A stretch of 64,000 nucleotides of DNA from contig CM120645.1 in NCBI GenBank assembly GCA_051362555.1, positions 20,832,001 through 20,896,000 of the forward strand. The letters run 5' to 3'. Source of the DNA: Lingula anatina. Lineage: Eukaryota > Animalia > Brachiopoda. Shown here one piece after another: positions 12,517 to 23,650 of the stretch. Each line of letters starts with the position of its first letter. Position 1 is the stretch's first letter. A program made the position numbers and the translations under genes. Under the pieces are notes generated by a model, which saw only the letters and a program-made list of their open reading frames with translations, did no database searches and was not told where the DNA came from.

Positions 12517-13213
12517 GGGCTAAGAAAAAAACTTTAAGAATATCAGTGAATGTATCGTCCCAAAAGGAGCACTTTTGCTATCTTGCTGGCACCTTTTAAT
12601 CCTTGCTGGCACCTTACGTTGTTAGATAGTATTTGATATAGTTGTAACTCGAAATATATTATTTCAGGAGGGGGACACAGCCTTGCATCTAGCAGCCTTC
12701 AACGACCTACCAGATGTTGTTGAAAAGCTATTGGAACTGGGAGCTGATTCCAGTTTGAAGAATTTGGTACGATCGCTTCCTTTTCTTTCTTTTTTTCAAC
12801 TTTTTGCAGTATTTGACTCCTCGACAGTCTTTAAGTTTCAAATATTTTGAATTGATTTGAGGTTGTCGTCCATAGCCGTCACGCATTATATCCGGCTGAT
12901 TGAAATGTTGACTTTGTCCTGTTATTTGGAAACGCGTAATGTCAATACAAACATCCATCTCCTTTGAGAGTAATGATAGTAATAAACAGACCTCTGTTAG
13001 GAGTGTGTTATTTTAGCATTAGAAACCAATAAATGTCGATCAGTAAAGATAAATCTGTTTTCCTTTTAGGACGGCAAAATGCCATACGACATCGCTATTG
13101 AATTTGAGTACCTGAAGGTGGCAGATATTCTGGAGAAGAACATGAGGAGTAAAAACATTCAGGCCAAATGGAGAAATGCGGCGAAAAAGGCCACTTCGTG
13201 CGGAATTCTATGA
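1709..13213 (+). CDS. Multi-exon ankyrin-repeat protein (~11 repeats in three modules) with C-terminal IQ-like motif and CaaX box; gene model, first exon uncertain
   Basis: Hand-spliced exons: 1709-1729 or 1866-1904 (uncertain first exon), 4362-4448, 4986-5075, 6729-6950, 7336-7464, 8965-9057, 9330-9437, 10010-10129, 10733-10819, 12105-12161, 12280-12361 (phase anomaly), 12668-12766, 13070-13213 (TGA). All other junctions are phase 0 with AG acceptors. Ankyrin motifs include GLAPLH..LLERGADVN, GDTCLHLAA..GADP and GDTALHLAA..LLELGAD. Confidence 0.85.
2034..2205. mobile_element. Inverted degenerate copy of the 28167 MITE
   Basis: CAGGTCTGTAGCCAGCAATTTCAAA...AAAAAGTGGACC...GGGACCTG. Confidence 0.6.
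2402..3222. mobile_element. Non-autonomous DNA transposon with terminal inverted repeats (TIRs), ~820 bp, 5-bp TSD
   Basis: TIRs CAGGGGCGTAAC / GTTACGCCCATG, subterminal TGTACGCACAG at both ends, CAAGG duplicated on both flanks (2397-2401, 3223-3227). Confidence 0.75.
3258..3424. mobile_element. Degenerate copy of the 28167 MITE
   Basis: Shared CAGGCCCGTAGCC start, AAAAGGTCCACC/T and AGAACCCC internal motifs. Confidence 0.7.
4362..4448 (+). CDS. Ankyrin gene probable exon (QTFPGDGELGGHDAKLEHHGSATFAGKKK)
   Basis: CAGCAG (NAGNAG) acceptor, AAG|GTAAAT donor, open in phase 0-0, GC-richer than its flanks. Confidence 0.6.
4986..5075 (+). CDS. Ankyrin gene exon (RTIFSCCREADALGIQEVLKDGGSATEPNE)
   Basis: TTTCAG| acceptor, GAG|GTACGC donor, 90 nt, resembles an N-capping repeat. 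Confidence 0.8.
6729..6950 (+). CDS. Ankyrin gene exon with two repeats (SGLAPLHDL...GADPEIRNK)
   Basis: TTTTCAG| and AAG|GTATAG, 222 nt, canonical ankyrin motifs. Confidence 0.92.
7336..7464 (+). CDS. Ankyrin gene exon (KLRSPYDEAVEKG...RRDELG)
   Basis: TTCCAG| and GGG|GTGAGA, 129 nt. Confidence 0.88.
8965..9057 (+). CDS. Ankyrin gene exon (ERLVRAVISG...LNYINK)
   Basis: TTTCAG| and AAG|GTATAG, 93 nt. Confidence 0.88.
9330..9437 (+). CDS. Ankyrin gene exon (HGAGAIHY...GAEVNLLDY)
   Basis: TTGCAG| and TAT|GTGAGT, 108 nt. Confidence 0.9.
10010..10129 (+). CDS. Ankyrin gene exon (ECDSALNL...GADKTVQDL)
   Basis: TTGCAG| and CTG|GTAAAT, 120 nt. Confidence 0.9.
10441..10655. mobile_element. Tourist/PIF-Harbinger-like MITE, intronic
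   Basis: TAA on both flanks, imperfect TIR CATTCCCA(C/T)AGATTT, similar copies at 35909-36134 and 36648-36866. Confidence 0.8.
10733..10819 (+). CDS. Ankyrin gene exon (DGKDAMMLA...DAVERL)
   Basis: TTTCAG| and TTG|GTAAAT, 87 nt. Confidence 0.9.
12105..12161 (+). CDS. Ankyrin gene exon, acidic linker (EPVTEVDEPTESTAEETES)
   Basis: TTCTAG| and AGT|GTAAGT, 57 nt. Confidence 0.8.
12280..12361 (+). CDS. Ankyrin gene exon, half repeat (HLNNCDRPGRIEWLVNNGAPVNSKTEK) with GC donor
   Basis: Ankyrin second-helix motif LVNNGAPVN. Donor is AAG|GCATGT. The acceptor is phase 2, incompatible with the preceding exon. Confidence 0.65.
12668..12766 (+). CDS. Ankyrin gene exon (EGDTALHLAA...GADSSLKNL)
   Basis: TTTCAG| and TTG|GTACGA, 99 nt, exactly one 33-aa repeat. 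Confidence 0.92.
13070..13213 (+). CDS. Ankyrin gene terminal exon (DGKMPYDIA...IQAKWRNAAKKATSCGIL*)
   Basis: TTTTAG| acceptor, TGA at 13211-13213, AATAAA near 13929 and 14128. Confidence 0.9.
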   Translation, partial: DGKMPYDIAIEFEYLKVADILEKNMRSKNIQAKWRNAAKKATSCGIL

Positions 13214-14463
13214 TTAATGTATATTGGCGTGTAATATTGCCTTTCAAGTTAAAAAATTTAGCAGGGTTTTGGCGTAAACCGAAGCCTGACACTTTTTTCA
13301 CAAATGGCCTAGAGAATGTTTCAGAAAGTTCCTGGTCTTAGTTTTACCTGCTGATGTCAGTCAGCTGACAATAGACATAAGCTGTTGGTCTGAGAAAATT
13401 AGAAATACCTATCTCCACGATAAATGAAGTATACGTACCTGAATGAGCAATAGTCTTCAGAGAGAGAAATAAAGTCATTCCGAGACAAAAACAAGTGGGC
13501 GAGGCCTTCTTGATGCTTTGTGAAACGCAACCTGGTCGTCTGAGAGCAGTATTTAGCAATTTGAACGTAGAACGATTTTTGATTGAACTCACTTTGTGAA
13601 GCTGTCCTTAGGTCCACCAAGGCTATCGAATGAACATTAGAAGGCCAAAATTGCTGAGGTAAATAGGAATTCCTTTGAAATCTGGGCGTCTAATCAAGCA
13701 ATTGAGACCGATTTTTGATTTGAAATATTCTAAGTGTGAACAGAACAAACTTAAGTTTATCACACAGAAGTCAGAGATTTTGAATTATTGCCAAGAATTA
13801 TTATTATTATTATTATTACAAAAACGTGTGCATAATATGCCAAACAACTGTGATACCCATTTTTAAAACGATTGAAAATAGTTATATGTTTAACCATTTT
13901 TTATACAAATTATACCAAAATGTATTGGAATAAATGATCCCACTGCATTTGACTAATGTGTCTTTTATTTTCAAAAATGGCGAATTTAGGTAAATGATGC
14001 TGCTGATATTTGGTTCATGTGACAGTGATAGTTACTTTCATAATAGCTGTGAACGTTTCAGGCAGCAATGGTGTGTCAATTCTTTGTTGTAATATTTAAA
14101 TTGTATTGTTATGTACAATACAATTTAAATAAATATGCTATCATTGGTAAATCTGGTAACTCCTTAATTCATATGCTTCTTTGATTAATCTTTCTAGATT
14201 CTTTATTTTTTCACCTGAAAACAGCAGACCAAAAAAAAAAAAAAAACATTGTTATGCAAATCCTCAGGTTGAGAATAAAATTTACACGTTCCAGCCGTCT
14301 TTCTGGCTGACTTTTCTATAATTCTTTCTTTTGAACCACTATCCTGGGATTCATACATTACAACAAAGAACTGACACACCTTTGAACGACATGAATCGGG
14401 GAATTTGTTCCGCCTCAGAAAGTAATAGGGGATATCCTTGTTAGCCGGCACCGAGGCTATAAC

Positions 14464-14607
14464 TACCCTCTACCAGGGCTACAGATTAATTATGGGAACT
14501 TTTCTCCAACGCGCCACATTGGATATATGTACCATGAATTAGCCAGAGACATTTCTGTTAATATTTAGTGAAAAATCAATCTGTGGTCACGAGCCTGGTA
14601 GAGGGCA
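14464..14607. mobile_element. MITE, TACCCTCTACCAGG family
   Basis: TIR CCCTCTACCAGG / CCTGGTAGAGGG, relatives at 33138-33277 and 41242-41432 share GTGAAAAATCAAT. Confidence 0.75.
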
Positions 14608-14959
14608 GGCAATAAAGCCGTGTGTGGCGCCACACAAGACTAGAAATATGCGAGATAATGCGATCGAGATGTGGGAAATTACCCTATGATTGAAGTAATT
14701 ACGGCGCAATATTATATGACATCGTTGTGATTCGTATTCATTGATATTTTTGACCTACAAATACGTTTGACTATAAGTATAACCTCTATGTGCGTATTTG
14801 ATTGTGTGTGCAGCTCGACGGAATACTGGCATTCACGTAGTAAACCTCTGTAGTGAAGAAATTATCCCTAGTATATTCTGCCGTAAAACATACCATAACA
14901 TCCTATTACTAACCAAAAGAGGAATTGGATGAACTGTTATTTTTAAAAACAAATCACCC

Positions 14960-15535
14960 AATGTCTTTCCATTGGCACGAACATGTCCGTGTGATTTTGT
15001 AGATTACCTCGTACCAAAGGATCTAACAATCTCTGACAAGTACCTGATGCATAGAAAAAAAGTGGCAAAGTGTCTCACTGATTCTAAGAAATGCAGTCAC
15101 ACGTAACGTCTCGTGTGACAACACTTGTTACACTTTTAATATACATATATGTGGCTTTTTAAAAGTAAGATGTACAGATTTGTTAATCTGATTTAAAATG
15201 ATTATAGGTCGTTAATTTGTCAACGGGTTTGGATATGGCATAAGTGAATGATCGCATAAATCATATCTATGGGCCACATAACGATGGCCAAATCAAACGA
15301 TGTCTTTCCATTGGCACAAACATTCCCGTGTAGCTTTGTAGATTACCGCATCAAAGGATCTAACGATCTCCAACAAGAACCTGGTGCATAAAAAAGTGGC
15401 AAGGTGTCCCATTTTATATACTTTTTATATACGTGTATGTGACATCAGTTTGTTTTCATCAAGAGCCTAAATCGCTGAATCTTATGACTAAAAATATTTA
15501 TAGATCGTAAGTTGTTAATGGATTTGAATATAGTG
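14960..15535 (+). repeat. Diverged local tandem duplication (~340-bp period)
   Basis: ATGTCTTTCCATTGGCAC...CAAAGGATCTAAC...AAAAGTGGCAA at ~14961 and ~15300. Confidence 0.8.
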
Positions 15536-15737
15536 TAAAGTGATAATTAGATAAAATAAAACAATGGGCAACGCTTGATTTCTAAATCTAAATGACAATC
15601 TGTTTCAACATGTTTCAATTTTTTGGTAAGGCAAGACCAACTTGCGCGCGCGCGCGAGTGTGTGTTCGTGTGCGTGACAAGAGGAAATAGTGGAATTGGT
15701 GGAGTACACTTTTATAGTGACAACATAACTAGATTCT

Positions 15738-15938
15738 AAGAATGATGTGATTATTTTCTTCAGTCAACAGCTAATATTGAGATAGTTTTTACCTCCAATA
15801 TTTCCCTGAAGAAAATGTCCTGATAGACATCGAAATATTGGAGGTAAAAACTCAATCTCAATATTAGCTGTTGACTGAAGAAAAAATCATATCATTCTTT
15901 TAACTTTACACAGCTGATGAAATTCTTCTCTGACTTAT
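15738..15938. mobile_element. Palindromic insertion with 13-bp TSD and hammerhead-like loop (possibly derived from a Penelope-like element)
   Basis: ATAACTAGATTCT at 15725-15737 and 15939-15951, near-perfect inverted arms 15738-15804 / 15832-15899, CTGAAGA...CGAAA in the loop. Confidence 0.7.
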
Positions 15939-18086
15939 ATAACTAGATTCTGTCTTTAAACCTTTTGGAACATCCTGTTGTTAACCAGGGAGAGAACTGG
16001 TGAAGTGTCATTCTTAAATTAAAATCGTTGGTACGAACATTCCTTCCTGTGTTTTATAACAATATATCCCAATAAATTATTTAGCGATCTCTTACAAGGA
16101 TATGGTAAGAAGAAAAAAAGGAAAAGTATTTCTGAGAATTGTAGTTTAAGTCTCATGTAGAATAACGTGTTACTTCACTTTTCACCAACTCCTACATGCA
16201 CATTGCAACATTTTGTTTTCATAAAGATGCATGATAGGTTTCGTAAACGTGTGACTCAAAAACTTGTTTATAGATCGTAATTTGTCGACGGGATATACAT
16301 AATCTAGTAGCGTAACCAGGTGCTTCAAGGGAAAAACTAACCCCCTTCAAAAAAAAAAAAAAAAAAAAAAAAAATAGCGTGTACATGATCTAATACCAGT
16401 GATTAGTCTTGTCAACCGCATTTTCTGAATAACCAGCGCTTGGTTAACTTGCGTGATTAATCAGCCGCTCGTGGTAGCAAACTCGCTTTCAAAAATGGCG
16501 GCATGCTACATTTGAAAATACATTGCAATATGCGTAATTTTTCAGCACTTTTCAAAAATTTAGCTTCTTGTGCTTACTGTAGATCTTCCCTCCCCAGCCC
16601 CCCCCCCCCTCACAAACCCACTCCTACCTCCGCTATTTTCTTGCAATTGGCATACGAATGTCCTCCCAAGTATTTTGATGAAGGATTGTGTAAAAACAAA
16701 ACTGGTGCAAATTGAGGCAATTTGCAAATAGTATATGAGGCCGATTTCTATTGGCCTGGATGAGTGTTTTTCCACCCCCCCCTTTTTTTTTGGGAGGGGG
16801 GGGGAGGGGGAAGAAGATATGAAGGAGTATGACTGGTTTCGCCATTTTGTTTTGTTTAGGAAAGGGAATAGGAGGTGAAGCCGTGTTTCCGTGGGCCGTC
16901 AACTGGAAGGGTAGATCAATACACTAATATTTATAAAACATGGTTTAATGTTGGTCCAATGTTTGGCCGACGCCCTCCTCCATTTATTAATGCCCGACGT
17001 TGACCATATAGACATTAAGTATACGTAATGTGTATGTGCTGAAAAACATGATTATGTAGTTTTACTGGGTTAACAGATTTTGTAAGAAGTAGGTTATGGT
17101 GACTCTCTTCTTAACACAAACCATATGCATGGTCTTGTTAAGTGACATGTTGATACAAATGCCACGATGCTAATTAGTTTCCAAGAACTTTGGACAGATG
17201 ATCAATGACGCCTTATTCATCTACAGATGCCAATGAAACTTTGAGAGATTTTGTCTGGGATTTGAAAGGCACTTAATATGGCGAAGAACGCTGGCAACAA
17301 AATTACATGCAGTCTTGAAGTGTTGAGAGCGCATGCGTGAAGAGAACTGCAACTGGTATTTCGTTAATCCAATAAAGCACTCCGAAGATCTCCAAACAAA
17401 GTGGAATTTTTTGACGATATTCATCTATCAAAATAATAACAGCAAATTATTCATGCGAATTTTGCAAAGAAACTTAACTTTCAGTCAGTGAATAATAGCC
17501 AAACACTGAAACTGCCAAAAAGTAATTACTGAATGGTTTGGTACCATTTTTGTGGTAAATTTGAAAAAGTTTTGGTAAGTTCCTTCATATTAACTTGTAC
17601 CGGCCGACAACACTATCATTTGATATCTAGGAATCAGACGCAAGGGCCCTCTGTTATGTAACTTCAAGAGTTGCGTGATTTATCAGCAGTTACTTTATTG
17701 CAATGGTTTGAGAGCACGTCATTTGTTACTGTCATCTAATTTTACATACAAAAATCGCATTTGGGTAATGAAGTCTTGGCTCCAAACCCTCTTTTTTTCG
17801 CTAATTATCAAAAATAGCACACGCACAGCCTTGACTTCCCGTTTCTAACAAATTACCAAAACACACCATTACACACACGCAGGTACAGACTGTCTAGACC
17901 TCAAAACACCTGTGTCTAACAAAATATAACAAAACATACACAAAAAATGAAAATACGTGAGAAAACTGACGTTTTCGTCAAAATTGTCAGATGCTTTCGT
18001 GACAAGTACGAAGACTACAGTTTAGTGGGAGGGACAGATTCATTTTACCAATGAACCCAGTCATAACCAATTCTGACCCCCCTCCA

Positions 18087-18089
18087 AAA

Positions 18090-18140
<51 letters not shown>
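18087..18140. repeat. (AAAT)n microsatellite
   Basis: Read directly. Confidence 0.95.
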
Positions 18141-20581
18141 CGACAAAATGTTTATATGTAGTTTATAGTTAGAACAACACTGACATTAGTGATGAAGTAT
18201 TGAGGCCCATAATGGTAATAAATGGTATTTGGTGTCATTCAAGACGAACAGATTGACGGAAAGTTTACTTCAAAACGGATTTGATCGTACCTTCATTTCA
18301 AGCAACCTTGACACGTTGAATGCTTCCATTACCAAAATGAACAAATATGTCAATATAAAAAATTGTCAGTGTATATGTCATATTGGATCAGCATAATGGA
18401 TTGGATGGTCCTTCCAACATTATTTTACAATATGCAAGTAAATCCTTTGTGAAATACTGATATCGCATTAGACCATTTAATATGTCCAGGTATGCTTTTG
18501 GAGGCCATCTTGGAAAAACAGATCACCAGATGTCACTAGGTGCTAGATTTCTATATAGAAATGATAGTATTAGCATTTTAAGGAAATAAATAAATAAATA
18601 ATTAAACAAATTAATTAATTAATTAAAGAACAAACAAATGCATTTTAATAACTACACATCAACAGGCATTTGCCATAAAGTCCCGAAAGATCATTTCGCA
18701 AATGTCCTGTTTTTCAGTTGTTGTTCAATCGGAACAGCCAACAGTTCATCCATCATTCAGTGAAACTGACCGTTGACCCTAAAATTCACTGAAGGGCATG
18801 TGTATATGTAAGCAATGCTGCGCTCATATATAGGCGTGTGTGTAAAAGGGTTCTGTCTACTTAAAGATTTGTGTCTTAATCACAATCCCTGCTATGTGAA
18901 TGTAATCCTGAGAAAGTGACCACTGAACTACCTACTAGTACGTCACCAAACTGACAAAGTGGTGACCATTTGCTTAGTGCAATTGTCAATGCATATATTC
19001 GTTAAGCAAGGTACCGGGGCTTTTTAATCCATCTCCTGTTGTCAACATTAATCATGGTTTACATCCGGATGTGGGCGTCGACTGCTTACGTTTCCGTTTT
19101 TTAAAATTTTTTTTCTTATTGTTGTGATCTTTAAATTATTTTGGTTCTATGTATCAAATTTACTTACTTGACTTGTGTAGGGTGTTACACATGTGCAGGT
19201 TTCGCTTTCATTACGCCTCAGCAAAAGACAATGTACCATCGGAGGGGATGAGGAAAGGAAAACCCACTTTTTTCCCCAAAGTGAAATGTTGCATAAACCT
19301 ACCCATATATTATAGAAGCAACTGGCAAATGGCCACTTCAAATGTGAAGTATTTGAATCTGATGTTCCTCCCATTCGTTCTCAAAATCGAGGATAGACTC
19401 AAAGTCATGTCGCTCTTTGCTTCCAGTCTTCTTATTTGTACATAAGCAAGTGTAATCGTCTGTTCGTAAACTGAAATTGTGTTAAATCTAGTGAAATCAT
19501 TCATAAACGTTACATGATGGCAAATGTCAAGTTGATATTGAGCGTTGAAGTTACGGTAATCAGAAATTCTCCTCCAGATATTCTAGTAGATTTCCTTATT
19601 ATTTTTTTTTTTTTTGAAATGTTGCAACCTGGATTCCACCATCTTGGGTGTAAAATGTCTAAGTACCGTTATATGGCAACCGAGGATGAAACGGCGAAAC
19701 CAATATACATTGTGTTGGTTTGGGACTATAATGAACGATTACAAAAAATTTCATCAAAATCTGAATGTGACGCACTGTTTTGGACATGCATAGACTACGT
19801 AGAAGTATTCAATAATAAAAATGATTTTTGCCTATGTGAGTACAAGATTAAGGTTCAGTTCTAACAAAGTCTGTTTCGGACATTTCCTTGGTTTAAAAAT
19901 GTTAGAAGATAAAGGAGAAAATTTAAAAAAAAAGAAGTTCTATTGTTAGATATGATTGCTTCCGCAGTTGGTAAAATGGAAGTGTACAATTAATAGGATA
20001 GCAAGTCTTTTCTATAATTTAGCGACTTTCTAAATGCATCAACATCCGAAAGTTTCTAGCATTATCCCTATGAAGTAAACAGGAGGTTGTGAATAGATAA
20101 TCCACTCGTATAAATAACAAATTTCAGACTAATCTCACAACTGTGTCTAATTTTATGTCCTAGATCAAGTCAGGGCTTCCTTGAAAACCTATATGTGTGG
20201 TTTTTCTTGTCTTTGTGAGGTTTCTGCCCTTCAATATAATGGACACATACTGTACATTCTACAAATGATGGTAAGATCGGATTACGTAAAGTGATTGGAA
20301 AGTTTGGAGCCCGGTTCCAAAAATACCATTTTAGCTCAAAAATGGGTCTGAACTTTTTGACCAAAATGTCAGCCAAATTAAATCAAAGGAATTTCAATTA
20401 AATGGCATACTGCCCCTGCTTTATAAAAGGAAAGGCATGGGTTATACAGTATTTCAGGTCAATACTTTTATTATTTAAGCGGAATGCAATGGATTTATAT
20501 CGTAAATTGAATATTGGTAGAACAACATTTTGGTCTAAAAGTTAAGCCCAATTTTCCTGGCCCTAGTTTCACAAAATAATG

Positions 20582-20616
<35 letters not shown>

Positions 20617-20676
20617 AATAATAATAATAAACTTCAGTACTTTTTTGGTGAAACCGGGGCCAACTCTTTCAACAAA

Positions 20677-20820
20677 CCGGTGTAACGCAAAGTCCGCCCT
20701 ATATTTAGCTATAATGGTTAGGGTTAGCCTGACCTAAGTGGGTCAAAATCTAGGGCGAGGCTTACCTGTACTTAATGGGAAGCGGTTTCTCCATCATGGG
20801 GGACCGTCACGTTACACCGG
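20677..20820. mobile_element. MITE, CCGGTGTAACG family
   Basis: TIR CCGGTGTAACG / CGTTACACCGG, internal GGTTAGGGTTAG, inverted copy at 31438-31607, distant relative at 49164-49320. Confidence 0.75.
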
Positions 20821-21376
20821 CCCGGAGAAATAAGGGAGCGTCTTTTCAACCTTTTGCATTCTGAGATAAAGACTTTTATCCCGACTTTATACATGTATGT
20901 GAAATTTTGACTCCCTCTTTTCATGCTTTCAAATGTAATATGTCATTGCAGTGAGTATATGGGTGTGTCAGACTGGTGAACAAAGCTATCCTGACACAAC
21001 ACGCAGTGAATCAGAAATTCACATAAAGTCAAAAGGATTGTTGCTTTCTCAAATTAGAAAACAGAAAAGACGGAAAACCACTCCCTTCACTTTTTTGGGA
21101 TCAAGCACAAATCTCTTCAATTTCAGTTCGTATGGGCTACGAATACGTCTGATTTCGAGATCAGCATCTGAGGTGACCAGTTCATTTCTGGGAAAAGTGG
21201 AATCGGTGACAATTTGGTTGTTTCCCAAAGGAGCGAAGAATAAGAGTGCATAAATCCTCGCTGCGCCTGTGACTTTACAGGTATTGATTTAACTTTGACA
21301 TGCTGTGAGTTGATTTCCCTGGGAGCGATAAGGATCAATTAACCCTGAATTTAGGTCTCCAAATCAAGGCACTCGC

Positions 21377-21509
21377 ATTGGAGATCCCCGGTATTCTATT
21401 CTTCTCTTAATCCGGAAGCTCAAACCAATCCCGTTTGGGCAATTGGACTCTTGCTTTTTTAATGTCATAAAACCAAGCCCCTCCCTTGGGAGAACAGTAA
21501 TTTACCCAG

Positions 21510-21547
<38 letters not shown>

Positions 21548-21772
21548 TAGCATCATTAGTCATTGCAAGCTGCTCTAGTGTATGACGATGAAAATGATGA
21601 AGCGCGCGATGCTATCACTATCAATTACAAACGCCAATCAGACATCTAGACTGTCATTGGTTGATAAAGGTCGCCTGCATGGGCTTTAAATAAAGGTGTA
21701 GGTTCCAGGGATTACCGCTTTTCGGAGAATGCTTCCAACACGGCCAAGAGTACAAGGCGTACGTTGGTAAGT
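21377..21772 (+). promoter_or_regulatory. Putative Pol II promoter and short non-coding first exon, possibly of the GPCR
   Basis: Five CCAAT/ATTGG boxes (21377, 21425, 21442, 21634, 21656), TATA-like TTTAAATAAA at 21685, strong donor TTG|GTAAGT at 21767. Confidence 0.35.
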
Positions 21773-23502
21773 ACTAATGCAATTAGTTTAGATACCCGAC
21801 AGGTATTTCTATTTATTCCTACATTTCGTTATTGGCGTATGTGAAATCGCCAAAACTTTACCCTTTATCGTTGACCTAAAAACCTTTTGTGCGAAAGAAC
21901 CTGAAGCCTCTTAATTCTAAATATGGTGTTTTATTATTTTGCATGTATCTGCATGTACAACTTTGGAAACATCCCCTCTAAGATAAAAACGTTGATCGTT
22001 GGGGGATTAAAAAAGCAGAGAATTGTGGCAGTTTCCCAATTCAACCTCCGTATAAAAATTGAAAATATAGTGCTACTTTTGGTTTTTTTTTGTATTCATT
22101 TTTCAGCACAAAAAAGAAAAATAAATCTCTGAGGTTAGGCTTTGAGCTAAGAGGGCTAAGCCGAAAGAGGGGGAAACGAGGAGGCTGCATTTAAGATTCC
22201 CTCATCATAGTCGGCTTAGTTCTAGAAGGCTTAGACAGCCCACAAATTAACTTCAGGCTTTTATCTGACTTGGTTCCACTTTGGTGTGGGAATGGGATTC
22301 TATACTTCATTTTTTTTCCTGGGAGAGGACATATTTCCGATGATTAGCTATATACCAAAAGCTATATATTACCAAAAGATAAAAACTCTGATAAAACGTC
22401 GATATTGCAAATTAGGAGCGTGGTTTCGGAATGCGTCTAATTGGTTGAAATATGTTACGTCCGAACTGAAATTGCATTTTTATGAATTACCCTTTACCAG
22501 AATGTCATGGCGGAGATGAGCAAGTTTCAAAAAGGGCTAGATGATGAACGGATATGCATCCGCCCTACACTTTGATGACTAGTGTAAATCATAAACATTA
22601 CTGACAGAATGTTCATCTTTTTTATATATTTGCAATGGGTTTGCCAAATTTTCTTTCAAGTACCGATACTTAGTCCGTCAGATAAAGCAGAATTGCTCGT
22701 ATGATGTTATTTCAACCTAATGGCATTATACGCTCTTTGCCAAACGTCACTAATAGAAATGCATGTAGTTTTACACTAGGCTTGACTGTTGAATTTCTTG
22801 CAGCCGAAGGTAGAGTGGATTTCTAACCTAGATGTGACAGCATGAGCATGGGAATAAAAAAGAACTACACTTTGCATTAATTGATATGACATGTCTCCAC
22901 ACTATTACTAAAATACATGAAAATGATATGCAAAAATGTAAAACGTGGCATTATGGCGATCGAATTAAGAGCGTGCGAATTCATCACCTGGAACGAAAAA
23001 TAAACACTGCGAATACATAAAAACTGAGAGGTTTTTAATATAATCCCTGTCATTTCTGGCGATTGAATCCTATGAATCTTAAGTTATGAGGGCGTCTGTG
23101 TATAAATGTTATAAGAAGGCGTTTATCGATTTAATGAAGCTGTTGGAAGTCTGAGTTCCTTAAAAGATAAATACATCGCCAGAGTGACCTTTTGTTGATA
23201 CATGTAGATAAAGTTTTATTGGAGTATAACACACAGAAAAATCCTTCGAAATTGAAATTGTGGCTCGGTTTAGGGGAAAATTCTAGGGATTCACCAATAT
23301 GAAACTTTGCAGAGCTCTTGGGTTGGTTTTGGTATGGACTACTAGGCCTACATAGACAGCGGTATGGAGCGATTTGACCGCCTTTCATTCCGGTCTACCG
23401 TTGTTTACATATGGGTTCTTTTTCTCGACCGCGAATTAAAAGGGACCTAATGCGTTCTCAATATTCTCTGACACATACATTGTATCGAGTGTTGAACGAG
23501 CA

Positions 23503-23650
23503 GGGCCCGTAACTCGAAAGCATCGCGCATTGCGACCGAGCGCAAGCGTCTCGATTCCATAACTCGCCCATACTCGCCACATATAATACATTGTAGCCTC
23601 TATGTGATATCGCTGTTCGCAATACGCAATGCTTTCGAGTTACGGAGCCC
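23503..23650. mobile_element. MITE-like inverted-repeat element
   Basis: GGGCCCGTAACTCGAAAGCAT ... ATGCTTTCGAGTTACGGAGCCC. Confidence 0.65.

Noticed and set aside
20716-20727. Telomere-like GGTTAGGGTTAG
   Set aside because: Only about two units, inside a dispersed MITE.
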